A stretch of DNA of 64,000 bases from Solirubrobacteraceae bacterium (GTDB taxonomy: Bacteria > Actinomycetota > Thermoleophilia > Solirubrobacterales > Solirubrobacteraceae), in contig JBKJRO010000110.1 of NCBI GenBank assembly GCA_046594555.1, positions 128 through 64,127 of the forward strand, read 5' to 3'. The position numbers and the translations under genes are program-made. The notes beneath the pieces are model-generated. The model was not told the DNA's origin, did not search any database, and was given only the letters and a program-made list of their open reading frames with translations. Positions 1-10,951 of the stretch are shown here, piece by piece; the first letter of the stretch is position 1, and each line of letters begins with the position of its first letter.

Positions 1-88
1 GCGGGACTCATCGCATGCAGTTCTGCCGCAGCGGCCGATGAGGACCCGGGCGGCCCGCCCGGAGCGCCGGCGCAGTGCCATCCGCCGG
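1..88 (-). repeat. Window-truncated copy of a palindromic intergenic repeat (inverted relative to the copy at 28482..28596)
   Basis: The reverse complement of 1..88 aligns to 28482..28570 with 2 mismatches and one 1-nt indel. It contains one arm (GAACTGCATGCGATGAGTCCCGC) of the hairpin that is complete at 28548..28596. The element runs off the window edge. Confidence 0.8.
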
Positions 89-212
89 CGACCTTCCCGC
101 ACGCTGGCGCAGGCCAGTGGGCTGTCGCCGCAAGGTCCTGGATTGTGGTTGCTTGGCGAACCCACTGCAGGACACTTCAGGCGACAGCCGCCGCACCCCT
201 AGTCTCAAGGCG

Positions 213-2045
213 ATGCCCTCCCTCACCTCGCGCGATGACCTGCGCAACGTCGCGATCGTCGCGCACGTCGATCACGGCAAGACGACCCTGGTCGACGCGA
301 TGCTCCACCAGTCCGGCGCGTTCGCCGAGCACGAGGAGGTCGAGAAGCGCGTCATGGACTCGATGGACCTCGAGCGCGAGCGCGGGATCACGATCCTCGC
401 CAAGAACACGGCGGTCGACTTCGCCGGCGTGAAGATCAACATCGTCGACACGCCCGGCCACGCCGACTTCGGTGGCGAGGTCGAGCGCAGCCTGGCGATG
501 GTGGACGCGGTCCTGCTGCTCGTCGACGCCGCCGAGGGCCCGCTGCCGCAGACCCGCTTCGTCCTGCGCAAGGCGCTCGAGGCACGCCTGCCGGTGATCC
601 TCGACATCAACAAGGTCGACCGCCCGGACGCGCGGATCGACGAGGTCCTGCGGATGGTCGAGGACCTGTTCCTGGACCTCGACGCCGACGAGGACCAGCT
701 CGACTTCCCGATCGTCTACACCGACGCCAAGCGCGGCTGGGCCTCGCTGGACCCCGCCGTCCCCGGTGACAGCCTGAAGCCGCTGTTCGACCTGCTGATC
801 GAGCACGTCCCCGCGCCGACGCACGACCCCGAGCACCCGCTGCAGGCGATGGTGACGAACCTCGACGCCTCGCCCTACCTCGGCCGCCTGGCGATCTGCC
901 GCGTCCGCCACGGCATCATCCGCAAGGGCCAGAAGATCGGCTGGTGCCGCGCCGACGGCACGATCCAGACCGGGCAGCTCGGCGAGCTGTTCATCACCCA
1001 GGCCCTGGACCGCGTGCCGGTGGACGAAGCCGGCCCGGGCGAGATCATCGCGGTCGCCGGCCTGCCGGACGTCACGATCGGCGAGACGCTCGCCGACCCG
1101 GACGACCCCCGCGCGCTGCCGGTCATGACCGTGGACGAGCCGTCGCTCGCGGTCGTCATCGGCATCAACACCTCGCCGCTGGCCGGGCGCGAGGGCAGCA
1201 AGGTCACCGCGCGGATGATCAAGGACCGCCTCGACCGCGAGACGATCGGCAACGTCTCGATCCGGGTCAAGGACACCGTGCGCCCCGACGCCTGGGAGGT
1301 CCAGGGCCGCGGTGAGCTGCAGCTGGCGGTGCTCGTCGAGATCATGCGGCGCGAGGGCTTCGAGCTGACCGTCGGCCAGCCGCGCGTCCTCGAGCGCGTG
1401 ATCGACGGCAAGCGCCACGAGCCGGTCGAGCGGATGTCGGTCGACGTGCCCGAGGACTTCGTCGGCGTCGTGACGCAGCTGCTCGCGCTGCGCAAGGGCC
1501 GGATGGAGCAGATGGTCAACCACGGCCAGGGCTGGGTCCGCATGGAGTTCCTCGTCCCGGCGCGGGCGCTGATCGGCTTCCGCACGGAGTTCCTGACCGA
1601 GACCCGCGGCACGGGCCTGATGCACAGCGTGTTCGACGGCTACGAGCCGTGGTTCGGCGAGCTGCGCACGCGGCCCTCGGGGTCGCTCGTCGCCGACCGC
1701 ACGGGCAAGTCGACCGGCTTTGCGCTCTCGTCGCTCCAGGAGCGCGGGACGCTGTTCGTCGCGCCGGGCGAGGACCTGTACGAGGGCATGATCGTCGGCG
1801 AGAACGCGCGCGCCGAGGACCTCGACGTCAACGCGGTGCGCGAGAAGAACCTCACGAACATGCGCTCGGCCAACGCCGACGTGCTCGAGCGGCTGGTGCC
1901 GGCGCGGATCCTGTCGCTCGACCAGGCGCTCGAGTTCCTGCGCGAGGACGAGGCCGTCGAGGTCACGCCCGCGCCGATCCGGCTGCGCAAGGCCGTGCTC
2001 GACAAGGTCGGCCGCACGAAGGCCGCCCGCAAGGCGCGGGCGTAG
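213..2045 (+). CDS. typA: Translational GTPase TypA/BipA
   Basis: In-frame ATG at residue 47 of ORF 75..2045. N-terminus is [28 protein letters not shown] (P-loop). [14 protein letters not shown] and INKVD GTPase motifs are present, and length and architecture are typical of BipA. Confidence 0.95.
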   Translation: MPSLTSRDDLRNVAIVAHVDHGKTTLVDAMLHQSGAFAEHEEVEKRVMDSMDLERERGITILAKNTAVDFAGVKINIVDTPGHADFGGEVERSLAMVDAVLLLVDAAEGPLPQTRFVLRKALEARLPVILDINKVDRPDARIDEVLRMVEDLFLDLDADEDQLDFPIVYTDAKRGWASLDPAVPGDSLKPLFDLLIEHVPAPTHDPEHPLQAMVTNLDASPYLGRLAICRVRHGIIRKGQKIGWCRADGTIQTGQLGELFITQALDRVPVDEAGPGEIIAVAGLPDVTIGETLADPDDPRALPVMTVDEPSLAVVIGINTSPLAGREGSKVTARMIKDRLDRETIGNVSIRVKDTVRPDAWEVQGRGELQLAVLVEIMRREGFELTVGQPRVLERVIDGKRHEPVERMSVDVPEDFVGVVTQLLALRKGRMEQMVNHGQGWVRMEFLVPARALIGFRTEFLTETRGTGLMHSVFDGYEPWFGELRTRPSGSLVADRTGKSTGFALSSLQERGTLFVAPGEDLYEGMIVGENARAEDLDVNAVREKNLTNMRSANADVLERLVPARILSLDQALEFLREDEAVEVTPAPIRLRKAVLDKVGRTKAARKARA

Positions 2046-2189
2046 CCCCTGCCCGGTGCCGGCCAGTTTGTGCCGATCTACCGCGACTGGGCGCGGTTGT
2101 GGTCGCTGGGAGAGCCGTACGTGCGCGCGGTCGCGGGTTCGCGACGGGGCGACGGCGCGGCAGGTCTGTGGTCAGCCGCGGAGACGCGG

Positions 2190-2780
2190 CTACGTCCGCG
2201 CGGCGAGGTCGAGCAGCCGGTCGAGGCTGGTGCCGCGAGCGGCGACGATGCACGTGCGCCCGCCGCGCCGCCAGGTGACGATCCGCAGGCCACCGCGCTC
2301 GACGAGGGCGACGGGCAGGCCCTCGTAGACGATCCGGCGCGCGCCGGGCGGGACGGTCAGCGCCGGCCCCTCGACGACGCTGTACACGACGCGCGAGTCG
2401 CTGCCGCCGTAGGCGACCGTGACCGCCGCGCGATCGCCGAGCCGCGCGGTACTGGTGCCGACGGCGCGCCAGCCGGACGCCGCCCCGTAGTCGCCGCCGC
2501 CGACAGGCCGGCCCGAACCGGCGGGCGCCCGGAGCGCCAGGCCCGCGGCGTCGGCGACGCTCAGCGCGGGTGCCTGCGAGCCCGCAGGTGCGATCACCAG
2601 AACCACCGCCACCACGCACGCGACTGTCGCGCCCCCGAGCCCGATCAGCCACGCCGGACGGGTGTCCCGTCGCGGCGCCTGCCGCGGGCCGGCGGCGACG
2701 GCCGCACGCAGCGAGGCGGGCGCGCGCACCGACGCCGCACAGGCGCGGATGCGGACGGCGATGTCGTCGGGCTCGGGCAT
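2190..2780 (-). CDS. Putative anti-sigma factor, single-pass membrane protein
   Basis: ATG at 2780 (MPEPDD...) lies 5 nt after the ECF sigma stop (2785-2787). One hydrophobic helix (WLIGLGGATVACVVAVVLVIA) is followed by an extracytoplasmic domain. The call rests on position only. Confidence 0.6.
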   Translation of the reverse strand: MPEPDDIAVRIRACAASVRAPASLRAAVAAGPRQAPRRDTRPAWLIGLGGATVACVVAVVLVIAPAGSQAPALSVADAAGLALRAPAGSGRPVGGGDYGAASGWRAVGTSTARLGDRAAVTVAYGGSDSRVVYSVVEGPALTVPPGARRIVYEGLPVALVERGGLRIVTWRRGGRTCIVAARGTSLDRLLDLAART

Positions 2781-2784
2781 CAGC

Positions 2785-3384
2785 TCACACGGTCCTCGGG
2801 CGCGGCGGACGGTGGGGCTCGGCGGTGCCGGTGGCCGGCGGGTCGTCACCGAGGGCGACGGCGATCCTCAGCCGCGCCCGGTGCAGGCGCGTCGTGATCG
2901 TCGCCTCGCGGACGCCGAGCACCCGGCCGGCCTCGGCGTAGGACAGGCCGGCGACGTCCACGGCGACGAGCACGTCACGCGAGGGCGCGGGCAGCGCCGC
3001 GATCGCGGCGAACAGCTCGCGCGCGTCGAGCGCTGCGTCGGGGCTCCAGGCGCCGTGCGGCGCCGGCGGCTCGGCCTGCAGGCCGTCCATCGGCACCGGC
3101 GCAGGCCGGCGCCCGGCGGCCCGCAGCCGGCTGACGTGCACGTTGCGCAGCGCGCGCAGGAGGTAGGCCAGGTCGTCCTCGCGCCGCAGCCAGCGCGGCC
3201 GCGACAGGACGCGGGCGTACGTCTCCTGCACGAGGTCCTCGGCGTCCTCGCGCCGGCCGCACATCCCCCACGCGGCGCGATACAGGCGGTCGAGGTGATC
3301 GCCGAGGTCCTCCGGGTCCAGGCGCCGGAGCGGCCCCTGCGGGACGGGAAGCTCCACGACCGCGACTGTACCGCCGCCGGGCAT
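2785..3384 (-). CDS. ECF-type RNA polymerase sigma-70 family factor
   Basis: Region 2 motif DLVQETYARVL and region 4 HTH LSYAEAGRVLGVREATITTRLHRAR. Size is about 199 aa. Confidence 0.9.
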   Translation of the reverse strand: MPGGGTVAVVELPVPQGPLRRLDPEDLGDHLDRLYRAAWGMCGRREDAEDLVQETYARVLSRPRWLRREDDLAYLLRALRNVHVSRLRAAGRRPAPVPMDGLQAEPPAPHGAWSPDAALDARELFAAIAALPAPSRDVLVAVDVAGLSYAEAGRVLGVREATITTRLHRARLRIAVALGDDPPATGTAEPHRPPRPRTV

Positions 3385-3387
3385 GGC

Positions 3388-3861
3388 TCAGCTGACCTTG
3401 AGCGTCCCCTTCATGCCGCCGGCCTCGTGGCCGGGGACCGGGCAGTAGTAGCTGTAGGTCCCGGGCTTCAGATCGACGGTCACCGTCGAGTGGCCGCCGG
3501 TCGAGACGGTCTTGCCGTCCTGGTTGACGCCGTTGCCCTCGACCGCGATCGCGTGCGGCAGGGGCGACGGGTTGGACAGGTCGATCGTGACGCTGCCCGC
3601 CTTCGCGGTGAGCGTGGACGTGTCGAACTTGAGCGCTCCGCCCGGGTCGGCGACCAGCTTGACCGTGCCGCCCGCACCCGCGGGCGCCGCCGGGGTGGTC
3701 GTCGCCGCCGGCGTCGTGGTCGACGGGGTCGTGGTGGACGCGGACGAACTCTTGTCGTTCGAGCTTCCGCAGGCTCCCAGCACGAGGGCCGCGGCGGCGA
3801 TCAGCGGGATGACGATGTGACGCGGCGATGGCATGCGAGGAGACCTCCGGAGGGTTGACAC
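3388..3861 (-). CDS. Cupredoxin (plastocyanin/amicyanin-like blue copper) lipoprotein
   Basis: Lipobox LVLGACGSS and a Thr/Pro-rich linker. Type-1 copper ligand pattern PHAIAVEG ... YYCPVPGHEAGGM at the C-terminus. The stop is 4 nt upstream of the sigma factor start. Confidence 0.85.
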   Translation of the reverse strand: MSTLRRSPRMPSPRHIVIPLIAAAALVLGACGSSNDKSSSASTTTPSTTTPAATTTPAAPAGAGGTVKLVADPGGALKFDTSTLTAKAGSVTIDLSNPSPLPHAIAVEGNGVNQDGKTVSTGGHSTVTVDLKPGTYSYYCPVPGHEAGGMKGTLKVS

Positions 3862-3905
3862 CTATAGGGACAGACGCCGGATCGCCCGGATCCTTCCCGC
3901 CGCGA

Positions 3906-4760
3906 TCAGGCGTCGTCCGCCGGGTACCGCGTCCAGCCGTCGTGGCGGAACGGCAGCGCCCGCGCGGTGAGCAGCGGGGCGAGTCGCGCGGCCGCGGCGG
4001 CGAAGTCCTCCATCAGCCAGACGACGAGCTCGCGCGCGCCCGCCGCGTCCCCGAGCACCTCGCGCGCGACCCCGTCGAGCAGCTGCTCCTGCGTCAGCGC
4101 GGGCGCGCGGCGGCCGCGGGCGGGGACCCCGGCCATCGCGACGACCTCGCCGTCGACGCGATGTGCACCCCAGCGCGACGCGTACGCGAGGACGCTCTCC
4201 ACGGCGGGCGCAGCCGGAAGGTCCGGATCGAACCGGATCCCGTCCAGGCGTCCCAGGGCGTAGCTCAGCTCCGTCCACGTCAGCGCGGTCACCTGCTCCG
4301 CCGTCGCCCACAGCACCGACGCGCGGATCACGGTCCCGGGACTCGCGACGATCGTCGCCGGCATCGCGCCGTAGACCGCGGGCAGGGCCGACACGCCGAC
4401 GTCGAAGCCGTGCAGGTCGCCCGCGACGACGAGGACGCGCCGCTGCGCGGGGGCGAGGTGCGCCAGCTTGAGCGCCAGCCGCTCCGGCGCGCCGTTCGAC
4501 CCGAAGGCCAGCAGCGGGTAGCGGCCCGCCACCTCGGCGCGCAGGTCGGCGGCGGCCTCGAGGACCGCTCCGTCATCGAGCAGGTACGACGTCTCGGGCC
4601 GCGGCCACGGGTAGCCGAGCGCGTGCCGGTACAGCTCCTCGGTGAACTCCCGCGGGCCGATCGACCGCGCCATGTCGAGCAGGCCCTGGTGGAACTCCGC
4701 GTCGCCGGACGCCAGCCGCGCGCGGAGCTCAGGCGCGTCGATCGGGGGCCAGGCGGTCAC
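3906..4760 (-). CDS. Hypothetical protein, possible gamma-glutamylcyclotransferase-like (AIG2-like) core
   Basis: 284-aa ORF with genome-typical codon bias. The only weak motif is LLAFGSNGAPERL, resembling the YGSN start of the GGCT fold. Function is not supported further. Confidence 0.6.
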   Translation of the reverse strand: MTAWPPIDAPELRARLASGDAEFHQGLLDMARSIGPREFTEELYRHALGYPWPRPETSYLLDDGAVLEAAADLRAEVAGRYPLLAFGSNGAPERLALKLAHLAPAQRRVLVVAGDLHGFDVGVSALPAVYGAMPATIVASPGTVIRASVLWATAEQVTALTWTELSYALGRLDGIRFDPDLPAAPAVESVLAYASRWGAHRVDGEVVAMAGVPARGRRAPALTQEQLLDGVAREVLGDAAGARELVVWLMEDFAAAAARLAPLLTARALPFRHDGWTRYPADDA

Positions 4761-4847
4761 TCACGCGACCCTACCTCCGCTGCACCTTGATCTGGGCTTC
4801 ATCGAGCTTGAGCGCAGGCTCAGTTTCGGCCTCTTGCCTGCATCCAC

Positions 4848-5738
4848 ATGAACAGTTCCAAGACCCTGGCCACCGGTGCGGCGATCGTCGCCGCCTCGTT
4901 CGCGGGCGCCGGTGTGGGGCTCGCCCTCGACCGCGGCTCGGCGGGCAACGGCCCGCTGCTGTCCCCCACCTCCGCGCCGGCGCCCGCGGCGTCCGGCACC
5001 GCCAGGCGCGTTTCGGACACGCCGGCGACCGCCAGGCAGATCTACGACGGCGCCAAGGACGCGGTCGCCTACATCCAGGCCGCCACGCCCCAGGGCACGT
5101 CGACCGGCACCGGCTTCGCCGTCACGACCGACGGCCTGATCGTCACCAACGCACACGTCGTCGACGGCGCCTCGCAGATCCAGGTCAAGCTCGGGACCGG
5201 CGGGACCGCCCAGGACGCGCAGCTCGTCGGCGTCGCGGCGTCCAAGGACCTCGCGGTCCTGCGCATCGGCACCGGCGGCCAGAAGGTCCCGGCGCTGGCG
5301 CTCGGCGACTCGGGCAAGGTCGGCGTCGGCGACGCGACCTACGCGATCGGCAACCCCTACGGCCTGGACCACACCTTCACCACCGGCATCGTCTCGGCGC
5401 TCGGCCGTCAGATCCAGGCGCCCGACGGCTCCCCGATCGACGGCGTGATCCAGACGGACGCGGCGATCAACCCGGGCAACTCCGGCGGCCCGCTGCTGAA
5501 CGGCGCCGGAGAGGTCATCGGCGTCAACTCGCAGATCCTCAACGGCTCCTCGCAGGGTGCCGAGGGCGGCAACGTCGGCATCGGCTTCGCGATCCCGTCG
5601 AGCACCGTCGCCCAGGTCGTCGCCCAGGCCGCGAACGGCAGCCTGGAGTCGGGAACGGCGCCCCAGCAGCAGGAGCCGGCGGTCCAGCAGCAGGAGCCGT
5701 CGCTCGAGCAGCAGCTGCTGCAGGCGCTGCAGGGCTGA
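4848..5738 (+). CDS. Trypsin-like serine protease (S1C/HtrA-like protease domain, no PDZ recognised)
   Basis: Catalytic contexts TNAHVV (His), DLAVLRI (Asp) and NPGNSGGPLL (Ser). N-terminal hydrophobic anchor and a Gln-rich C-terminal tail. Confidence 0.9.
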   Translation: MNSSKTLATGAAIVAASFAGAGVGLALDRGSAGNGPLLSPTSAPAPAASGTARRVSDTPATARQIYDGAKDAVAYIQAATPQGTSTGTGFAVTTDGLIVTNAHVVDGASQIQVKLGTGGTAQDAQLVGVAASKDLAVLRIGTGGQKVPALALGDSGKVGVGDATYAIGNPYGLDHTFTTGIVSALGRQIQAPDGSPIDGVIQTDAAINPGNSGGPLLNGAGEVIGVNSQILNGSSQGAEGGNVGIGFAIPSSTVAQVVAQAANGSLESGTAPQQQEPAVQQQEPSLEQQLLQALQG

Positions 5739-5747
5739 CGCCGACCG

Positions 5748-7355
5748 TCAGCCCGCGCGCCCGCGGGCCACGCGGGCGCGCCGCAGCAGCTCGGCGGTCG
5801 AACCGTCGTGCGCGCCCGGCGCGGGGGGCGCGTCAGTCTCGAGTTCCTCGGCGATCGCGCCGGCGAGGACCTTGCCCAGCTCGACGCCCCACTGGTCGAA
5901 CGAGTCGATCCCCCAGAGGACGCCCTCGACCAGCACGCGATGCTCGTAGAGCGCGACGAGCTTGCCGAGCGCGGCCGGCGTCAGCGGCCCGTCGACGAGG
6001 ATCGTCGTCGAGGGGCGGTCGCCCGGGCAGACGCGGTGCGGCTCGCCCGGCGCCTGGCGCCCGAACGCGAGCGCCTCGGCCTGCGCGAGCAGGTTCGCGA
6101 GCAGCAGGTCGTGGTGGCGGCCCAGCTCGTGGCGCGGCGCGGTGAAGCCGATGATGTCGGCCGGCACGACCCGCGTTCCCTGATGCAGCAGCTGATGGAA
6201 GGAGTGCTGGCCGTTCGTCCCCGGCTCGCCCCAGAGGATCGGCGCGGTGCCGTAGCCGACCGGCTCGCCGCCGTCCGTCACGCGCTTGCCGTTCGACTCC
6301 ATCGTCAGCTGCTGGAGGTAGGCTGGGAACCGCGACAGCGCGGCCTCGTACGGCAGCACCGCCAGCGTGTCGTGCCCGCGCAGCGTCGCGTTCCAGACGC
6401 CGATCAGGCCCAGCAGCACCGGCAGGTTCTGGTCCCACGGGGCGGCGAGCAGGTGCTCGTCCATCGCTCGCATGCCGCCGAGCAGTTCGCCGAACGCCTC
6501 GGGCCCGACCGCCAGCATGATCGCCAGGCCGACCGCCGAGTCCACCGAGTAGCGCCCGCCGACCCAGTCCCAGAAGCCGAACATGTTCGCCGGGTCGATC
6601 CCGAAGTCGCGCACGCGCTCCTCGTTCGTCGAGACCGCGACGACGTGGCGGGCGACGGCGTCCTCGCCGAGCGCGTCCACGATCCAGGCCCGCGCGGCCT
6701 TCGCGTTCTCCAGCGTCTCGAGCGTGCCGAACGTCTTGGAGACGACGACGATCAGCGTCTGCGCCGGGTCCAGGCCGGCGGTCTTGGCGACGAGGTCGCT
6801 GCCGTCGACGTTGGAGACGAACCGCAGCGTCAGGTCCTCGCGGACGTGGTCCTCCAGCGCGAGCACCGCCATCTCCGGGCCCAGGTGCGACCCGCCGATG
6901 CCGATGTTGACGATGTTGCGGACGGGCTCGCCCGTCGCGCCGGTCCAGGCGCCCGACCGCACGCGTTCCGCGAAGTCCGCCATGCGCGCGAGGACCTCGT
7001 GCACCGCCGGGACGACGTCCTCGCCGCCGGTCTCGATGACCGTCCCCGCGGGCGCCCGCAGCGCGACGTGCAGCACGGCGCGGTCCTCGGTGCGGTTGAT
7101 GTGCTCGCCGGCGAACATCGCCGCGATGCGCTCGCGCAGCCCGGCCTCCTCGGCGGCCGCGAGCAGCAACGCCAGCGTCTGATCGGTGACGTGCTGCTTG
7201 GCGTAGTCGAGGTAGATGCCGCAGGCCTCGGCGCTCAGCCGCGTGCCGCGGTCCGGGTCGGACGCGAACAGCTCGGCGAGCGTCGTGTCGCGCTCCGCCG
7301 CCGCGTGGGCGCGGAGTGCCGCCGCCGACGGCAGCGCGTCGAAGCCGGCGCTCAC
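5748..7355 (-). CDS. pgi: Glucose-6-phosphate isomerase
   Basis: Motifs [25 protein letters not shown] and WDWVGGRYS. The GTG start at 7355 overlaps the tal stop (GTGA). The upstream 104 codons of ORF 5748..7667 overlap tal and were discarded. Confidence 0.92.
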   Translation of the reverse strand: MSAGFDALPSAAALRAHAAAERDTTLAELFASDPDRGTRLSAEACGIYLDYAKQHVTDQTLALLLAAAEEAGLRERIAAMFAGEHINRTEDRAVLHVALRAPAGTVIETGGEDVVPAVHEVLARMADFAERVRSGAWTGATGEPVRNIVNIGIGGSHLGPEMAVLALEDHVREDLTLRFVSNVDGSDLVAKTAGLDPAQTLIVVVSKTFGTLETLENAKAARAWIVDALGEDAVARHVVAVSTNEERVRDFGIDPANMFGFWDWVGGRYSVDSAVGLAIMLAVGPEAFGELLGGMRAMDEHLLAAPWDQNLPVLLGLIGVWNATLRGHDTLAVLPYEAALSRFPAYLQQLTMESNGKRVTDGGEPVGYGTAPILWGEPGTNGQHSFHQLLHQGTRVVPADIIGFTAPRHELGRHHDLLLANLLAQAEALAFGRQAPGEPHRVCPGDRPSTTILVDGPLTPAALGKLVALYEHRVLVEGVLWGIDSFDQWGVELGKVLAGAIAEELETDAPPAPGAHDGSTAELLRRARVARGRAG

Positions 7356-8437
7356 GACGCGGACAGCGCCGCGTGCTTCGCGTCGAGCGTCCCCATGAGC
7401 GAGCGCCACGAGGCGACGAACGCGTCGGCGCCCTCCTGCTGGAGCCGGGCCGCGAGTGCGTCGATGTCGATCCCCGCCAGCCCGAACGCGCTCAGCGTCG
7501 TCTCCGCGTCGCCGCCGTCGGGCGCCATGGCGACCGGCGCTGCGGCGTGGTCGGCGTAGGCGAGCAGGGTGGCCTCGGGCATCGTGTTGACGGTGAACGG
7601 CGCGACCAGCCCGTCGATGAAGAGCGTGTCCGACGCGTTCGGGTCCTTCGTCCCGGTGCTGGCCCACAGCAGCCGCTGCGGCCGCGCGCCGGCGTTCATC
7701 AGCCGCTGCACGCGATCGGACGCGAGGAACTCGCGATAGGCGCGGTACGCGCGCCCGCCGATCGCCAGGCCGAGGCGGTTCTCCAGCTCGGCCGGGACGG
7801 TGCCCGCGACGGCCTTGTCCCAGCGGCTCATGAACAGCGACGCGACCGACGGCACGTCGGGCGCCAGGCCGTCGGCGATGCGCCGCTCCAGCCCGCGCAG
7901 GTACGCGTCGGCCGCGGCGAGGTGATGCTCGCTGGAGAACAGGAGCGTGACGTTGATCGGGATGCCGGCGTGAATCGCGGCCTCGATCGCGGGCAGCCCC
8001 TCCGGCGTTCCGGGGATCTTGATGTAGACGTTGGGACGCGCCATCCGCGCGTGCAGGTCCTTCGCCTGCGCGATCGTCGCGTCGGTGTCGTAGGCCAGCT
8101 CGGGCGAGACCTCCAGCGAGACGAACCCGTCGAGGCCGGCCGAGCGCTCGTGGACGGCGGCGAACGCGTCGGCGGCCCGCTGCAGGTCGGCGATCGCCAG
8201 CTCGAAGAACGTCGCCTCGGCGTCCAGGCCGCTGCCCTGCAGCTCCTGCACCTGACCGTCGTAGGCGTCGCCCTTCCCGATCGCGTTCTCGAAGATCGTC
8301 GGGTTGGACGTGAGCCCGCTGATCGAGAGCTCGGCGATGTACCGCCCGAGCGTGCCGTCCTCGAGCAGCGTGCGCGTGATGTTGTCCAGCCAGAGGCTCT
8401 GGCCGGCGTCGTGGAGTGCCTTCGTCCTGCTGTTCAT
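7352..8437 (-). CDS. tal: Transaldolase
   Basis: [35 protein letters not shown] and the active-site Lys context VYIKIPGT. The ATG at 8437 overlaps the zwf stop (ATGA). Confidence 0.93.
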   Translation of the reverse strand: MNSRTKALHDAGQSLWLDNITRTLLEDGTLGRYIAELSISGLTSNPTIFENAIGKGDAYDGQVQELQGSGLDAEATFFELAIADLQRAADAFAAVHERSAGLDGFVSLEVSPELAYDTDATIAQAKDLHARMARPNVYIKIPGTPEGLPAIEAAIHAGIPINVTLLFSSEHHLAAADAYLRGLERRIADGLAPDVPSVASLFMSRWDKAVAGTVPAELENRLGLAIGGRAYRAYREFLASDRVQRLMNAGARPQRLLWASTGTKDPNASDTLFIDGLVAPFTVNTMPEATLLAYADHAAAPVAMAPDGGDAETTLSAFGLAGIDIDALAARLQQEGADAFVASWRSLMGTLDAKHAALSAS

Positions 8438-9900
8438 GACCGTCGTGCTCGCTTCTTCGGGGTGTCTGCGGGATGGACCGGCGGATGGTCGCCCACCTGC
8501 GGCGCGTACCAGCCGTCGGCGGGGGTGAGGCGGTCGGCCTCCTCGGGGCCCCACGAGCCGCGCTCGTACGGGTGCACCGGGGTGGCGTCGTCGAGGATCG
8601 GGTCGACGATGCGCCAGGCCTCCTCGATCGTGGCCTGGCTGGCGAAGAGGTCCTTCTCGCCGCGCAGGGCGGCCGTGAGCAGCCGCTGGTAGGGCGGGAT
8701 CGTGTGCGCCGCCGCGCGCATCGCCGTCAGCTCGACGTCCTCGACCTCGAACTGCTCGGTGTCCGGGCGGCGCGCCTGGACCTCGAGCGACATGCGGATC
8801 TCGGGGTCGATCTGGAAGCGCAGCCGGTTGCCGTGCGCGTGCTGGACCGGGAACAGCTTCTCCGGCGGCTTCTTCAGCTCGATGACGATCTCGGTGGCCT
8901 TCACGGGCAAGGCCTTACCCGCGCGAAGGAGGATCGGAACGTCGGCCCAGCGCCAGGTGTCGACCCGCAGCCGCATGGCGGCGTACGTCTCGACGGTGGA
9001 CCGCGGATCGACCCCGTTCGTGTGCAGGTACCCGCGGTACTGGCCGCGCACGACGTCCCGCCTGGTCAGCGTGCGGACGCCGCGCAGGAAGCGCGCCTTC
9101 TCGTCGCGCAGGGCGTCGGCGTGGTGCCCGCTGAACGGGTCCATCGCCAGCAGCGTGAGGACCTGGAACAGGTGGTTCTCGATCACGTCGCGGATCGCGC
9201 CGACGCCGTCGTAGAACGCGCCGCGGGTCGTCACGTCGAAGTCCTCGGCCATGGTGATCTGGATCTGGCGGACGTGGTCGCGGTTCCAGATCGGCTCGAG
9301 GAACGCGTTCGCGAAGCGGAAGAAGAGGATGTTCTCGACCGGCGACTTCCCGAGGAAGTGGTCGATGCGGTAGACGCGGTCCTCGGGGAAGACGCGGTGC
9401 ATCGCCTCGTTCAGCGCACGGGCCGACGCGAGGTCGCGGCCGAACGGCTTCTCGACCACGACGCGGGCGCGGTCCGCCAGCCCCGCGTCGCCCAGATGGT
9501 CGACCACGGTCCCGAACATCGCCGGCGGGATCGCGAGGTAGTGGACCGGACGGCTGCAGTCGCCGAGCTGCTCGCGGATGTTGGCGAACGTCGCCGGGTC
9601 GTCGTAGGTGCCGCCGGCGTACCGCAGCAGCCCGCAGAGTGTCTTGAACGCCGCCGGGTCGAGCCCGTCGGCGCTGTCGCGCAGGCTGGCCTTGGCGCGG
9701 GCCCGGATCTTCGGCAGGGACCAGTGCTCGCGCGCGACGCCGACGACCGGGACGTCCAGCTCCCCGGCCTGGATCATGCGCTGCAGGGCCGGGAAGATCT
9801 GCTTGTAGGCGAGGTCGCCGGTGGCGCCGAAGAAGACGAGCGCGTCGCCGTGCCGACCACCGCCGCGGGCACCGCGCGCGGGCCGGGGCGCGGGGCTCAT
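8434..9900 (-). CDS. zwf: Glucose-6-phosphate 1-dehydrogenase
   Basis: [17 protein letters not shown] dinucleotide motif, EKPFGRDL and the RIDHFLGK active-site motif. 488 aa counted from MSPAPRP. The ATG at 9900 overlaps the stop of the gnd-like gene (ATGA). Confidence 0.93.
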   Translation of the reverse strand: MSPAPRPARGARGGGRHGDALVFFGATGDLAYKQIFPALQRMIQAGELDVPVVGVAREHWSLPKIRARAKASLRDSADGLDPAAFKTLCGLLRYAGGTYDDPATFANIREQLGDCSRPVHYLAIPPAMFGTVVDHLGDAGLADRARVVVEKPFGRDLASARALNEAMHRVFPEDRVYRIDHFLGKSPVENILFFRFANAFLEPIWNRDHVRQIQITMAEDFDVTTRGAFYDGVGAIRDVIENHLFQVLTLLAMDPFSGHHADALRDEKARFLRGVRTLTRRDVVRGQYRGYLHTNGVDPRSTVETYAAMRLRVDTWRWADVPILLRAGKALPVKATEIVIELKKPPEKLFPVQHAHGNRLRFQIDPEIRMSLEVQARRPDTEQFEVEDVELTAMRAAAHTIPPYQRLLTAALRGEKDLFASQATIEEAWRIVDPILDDATPVHPYERGSWGPEEADRLTPADGWYAPQVGDHPPVHPADTPKKRARRS

Positions 9901-10919
9901 GCGCCGGCTCCCGGCTTCTCGTGGTGTCCGCCGAACTGCGCCCGCATCGCGGACAGCAGGCGCACCGCCAGCTCGTCCTCCTCGCGTGAGGTGAACCGCT
10001 GCTGGAGCGCCGCGGTCAGGACGGGCGTCGGCGTCGCGGTCTCGATCGCGGCGATCGCGCTCCAGCGCCCCTCGCCGGAGTCCGAGACGCGGCCCTGGAA
10101 GCCGCTGAGCTCGCCGTCCTGGAGCAGCGCGGCGGCGGTGAGGTCCAGCAGCCAGCTGCGCACGACCGTCCCGCGGCGCCAGACCTCGGCGATCTTCGGC
10201 AGGTCCAGGTCGTAGCGGTAGTGCTCGGGCTCGCGCAGCGGCGTGGTCTCGGCGTCGACGTCGTGGTCGAGCGCGCCGGTGTTGGCGTGGGCGAGGAGGT
10301 TGATGCCCTCGGCGTAGGCCGCCATCAGGCCGTACTCGATCCCGTTGTGGACCATCTTCACGAAGTGCCCGGCGCCGGCGGGACCGCAGTGCAGCCAGCC
10401 CTCCTCCTCGGGCGCGGGGTCGCCTTCGCGGCCGGGGGTGCGCGGCGCCGCGCCGACGCCCGGCGCCAGCGCGCGCAGCACCGGCTCGAGCCGGGCGATC
10501 GCGGCGTCGTCGCCGCCGGCCATCAGGCCGTATCCGTTCTCCAGGCCCCAGATGCCGCCGCTGACCCCGCAGTCGACGTAGTGGATGCCGCGCGCGCCGA
10601 GCTCGCGCGCCCGGCGCAGGTCGTCGATGTAGTGCGTGTTGCCGCCGTCGACGACGAGGTCGTCGGCGTCCAGATGGGCGGCGACCTCGTCGAGCACGCG
10701 GTCGACGATCCCGGCCGGGACCATGAGCCAGACCGAGCGCGGCGCGGGGAGCGCGGCGACCAGGTCGGCCGCCGACGCGGTGCCCGTGGCACCCTCGGCG
10801 ACGAGGGCTGCGACAGCCGCCGGATCGGGGTCGAAGACGACGCACTCGTGCCCGGAGCGCAGCAGCCTGCGCACCATGTTGCCGCCCATCCGACCGAGGC
10901 CGATCATCCCGATGGTCAT
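9897..10919 (-). CDS. gnd: 6-phosphogluconate dehydrogenase, short (about 340 aa) decarboxylating form
   Basis: Rossmann N-terminus [19 protein letters not shown] and VVDGGNTHY. The central and C-terminal domains are typical of the short Gnd/GntZ-like type. Confidence 0.88.
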   Translation of the reverse strand: MTIGMIGLGRMGGNMVRRLLRSGHECVVFDPDPAAVAALVAEGATGTASAADLVAALPAPRSVWLMVPAGIVDRVLDEVAAHLDADDLVVDGGNTHYIDDLRRARELGARGIHYVDCGVSGGIWGLENGYGLMAGGDDAAIARLEPVLRALAPGVGAAPRTPGREGDPAPEEEGWLHCGPAGAGHFVKMVHNGIEYGLMAAYAEGINLLAHANTGALDHDVDAETTPLREPEHYRYDLDLPKIAEVWRRGTVVRSWLLDLTAAALLQDGELSGFQGRVSDSGEGRWSAIAAIETATPTPVLTAALQQRFTSREEDELAVRLLSAMRAQFGGHHEKPGAGA

Positions 10920-10951
10920 CCGCGGGCAACCCTACAGCGGCGCGAACGGCC

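Noticed and set aside
177-1625. 482-aa minus-strand ORF, plus several 100-250-aa ORFs inside typA.
   Set aside because: They are antisense or alternative frames of an unmistakable typA gene, and no motifs are present.
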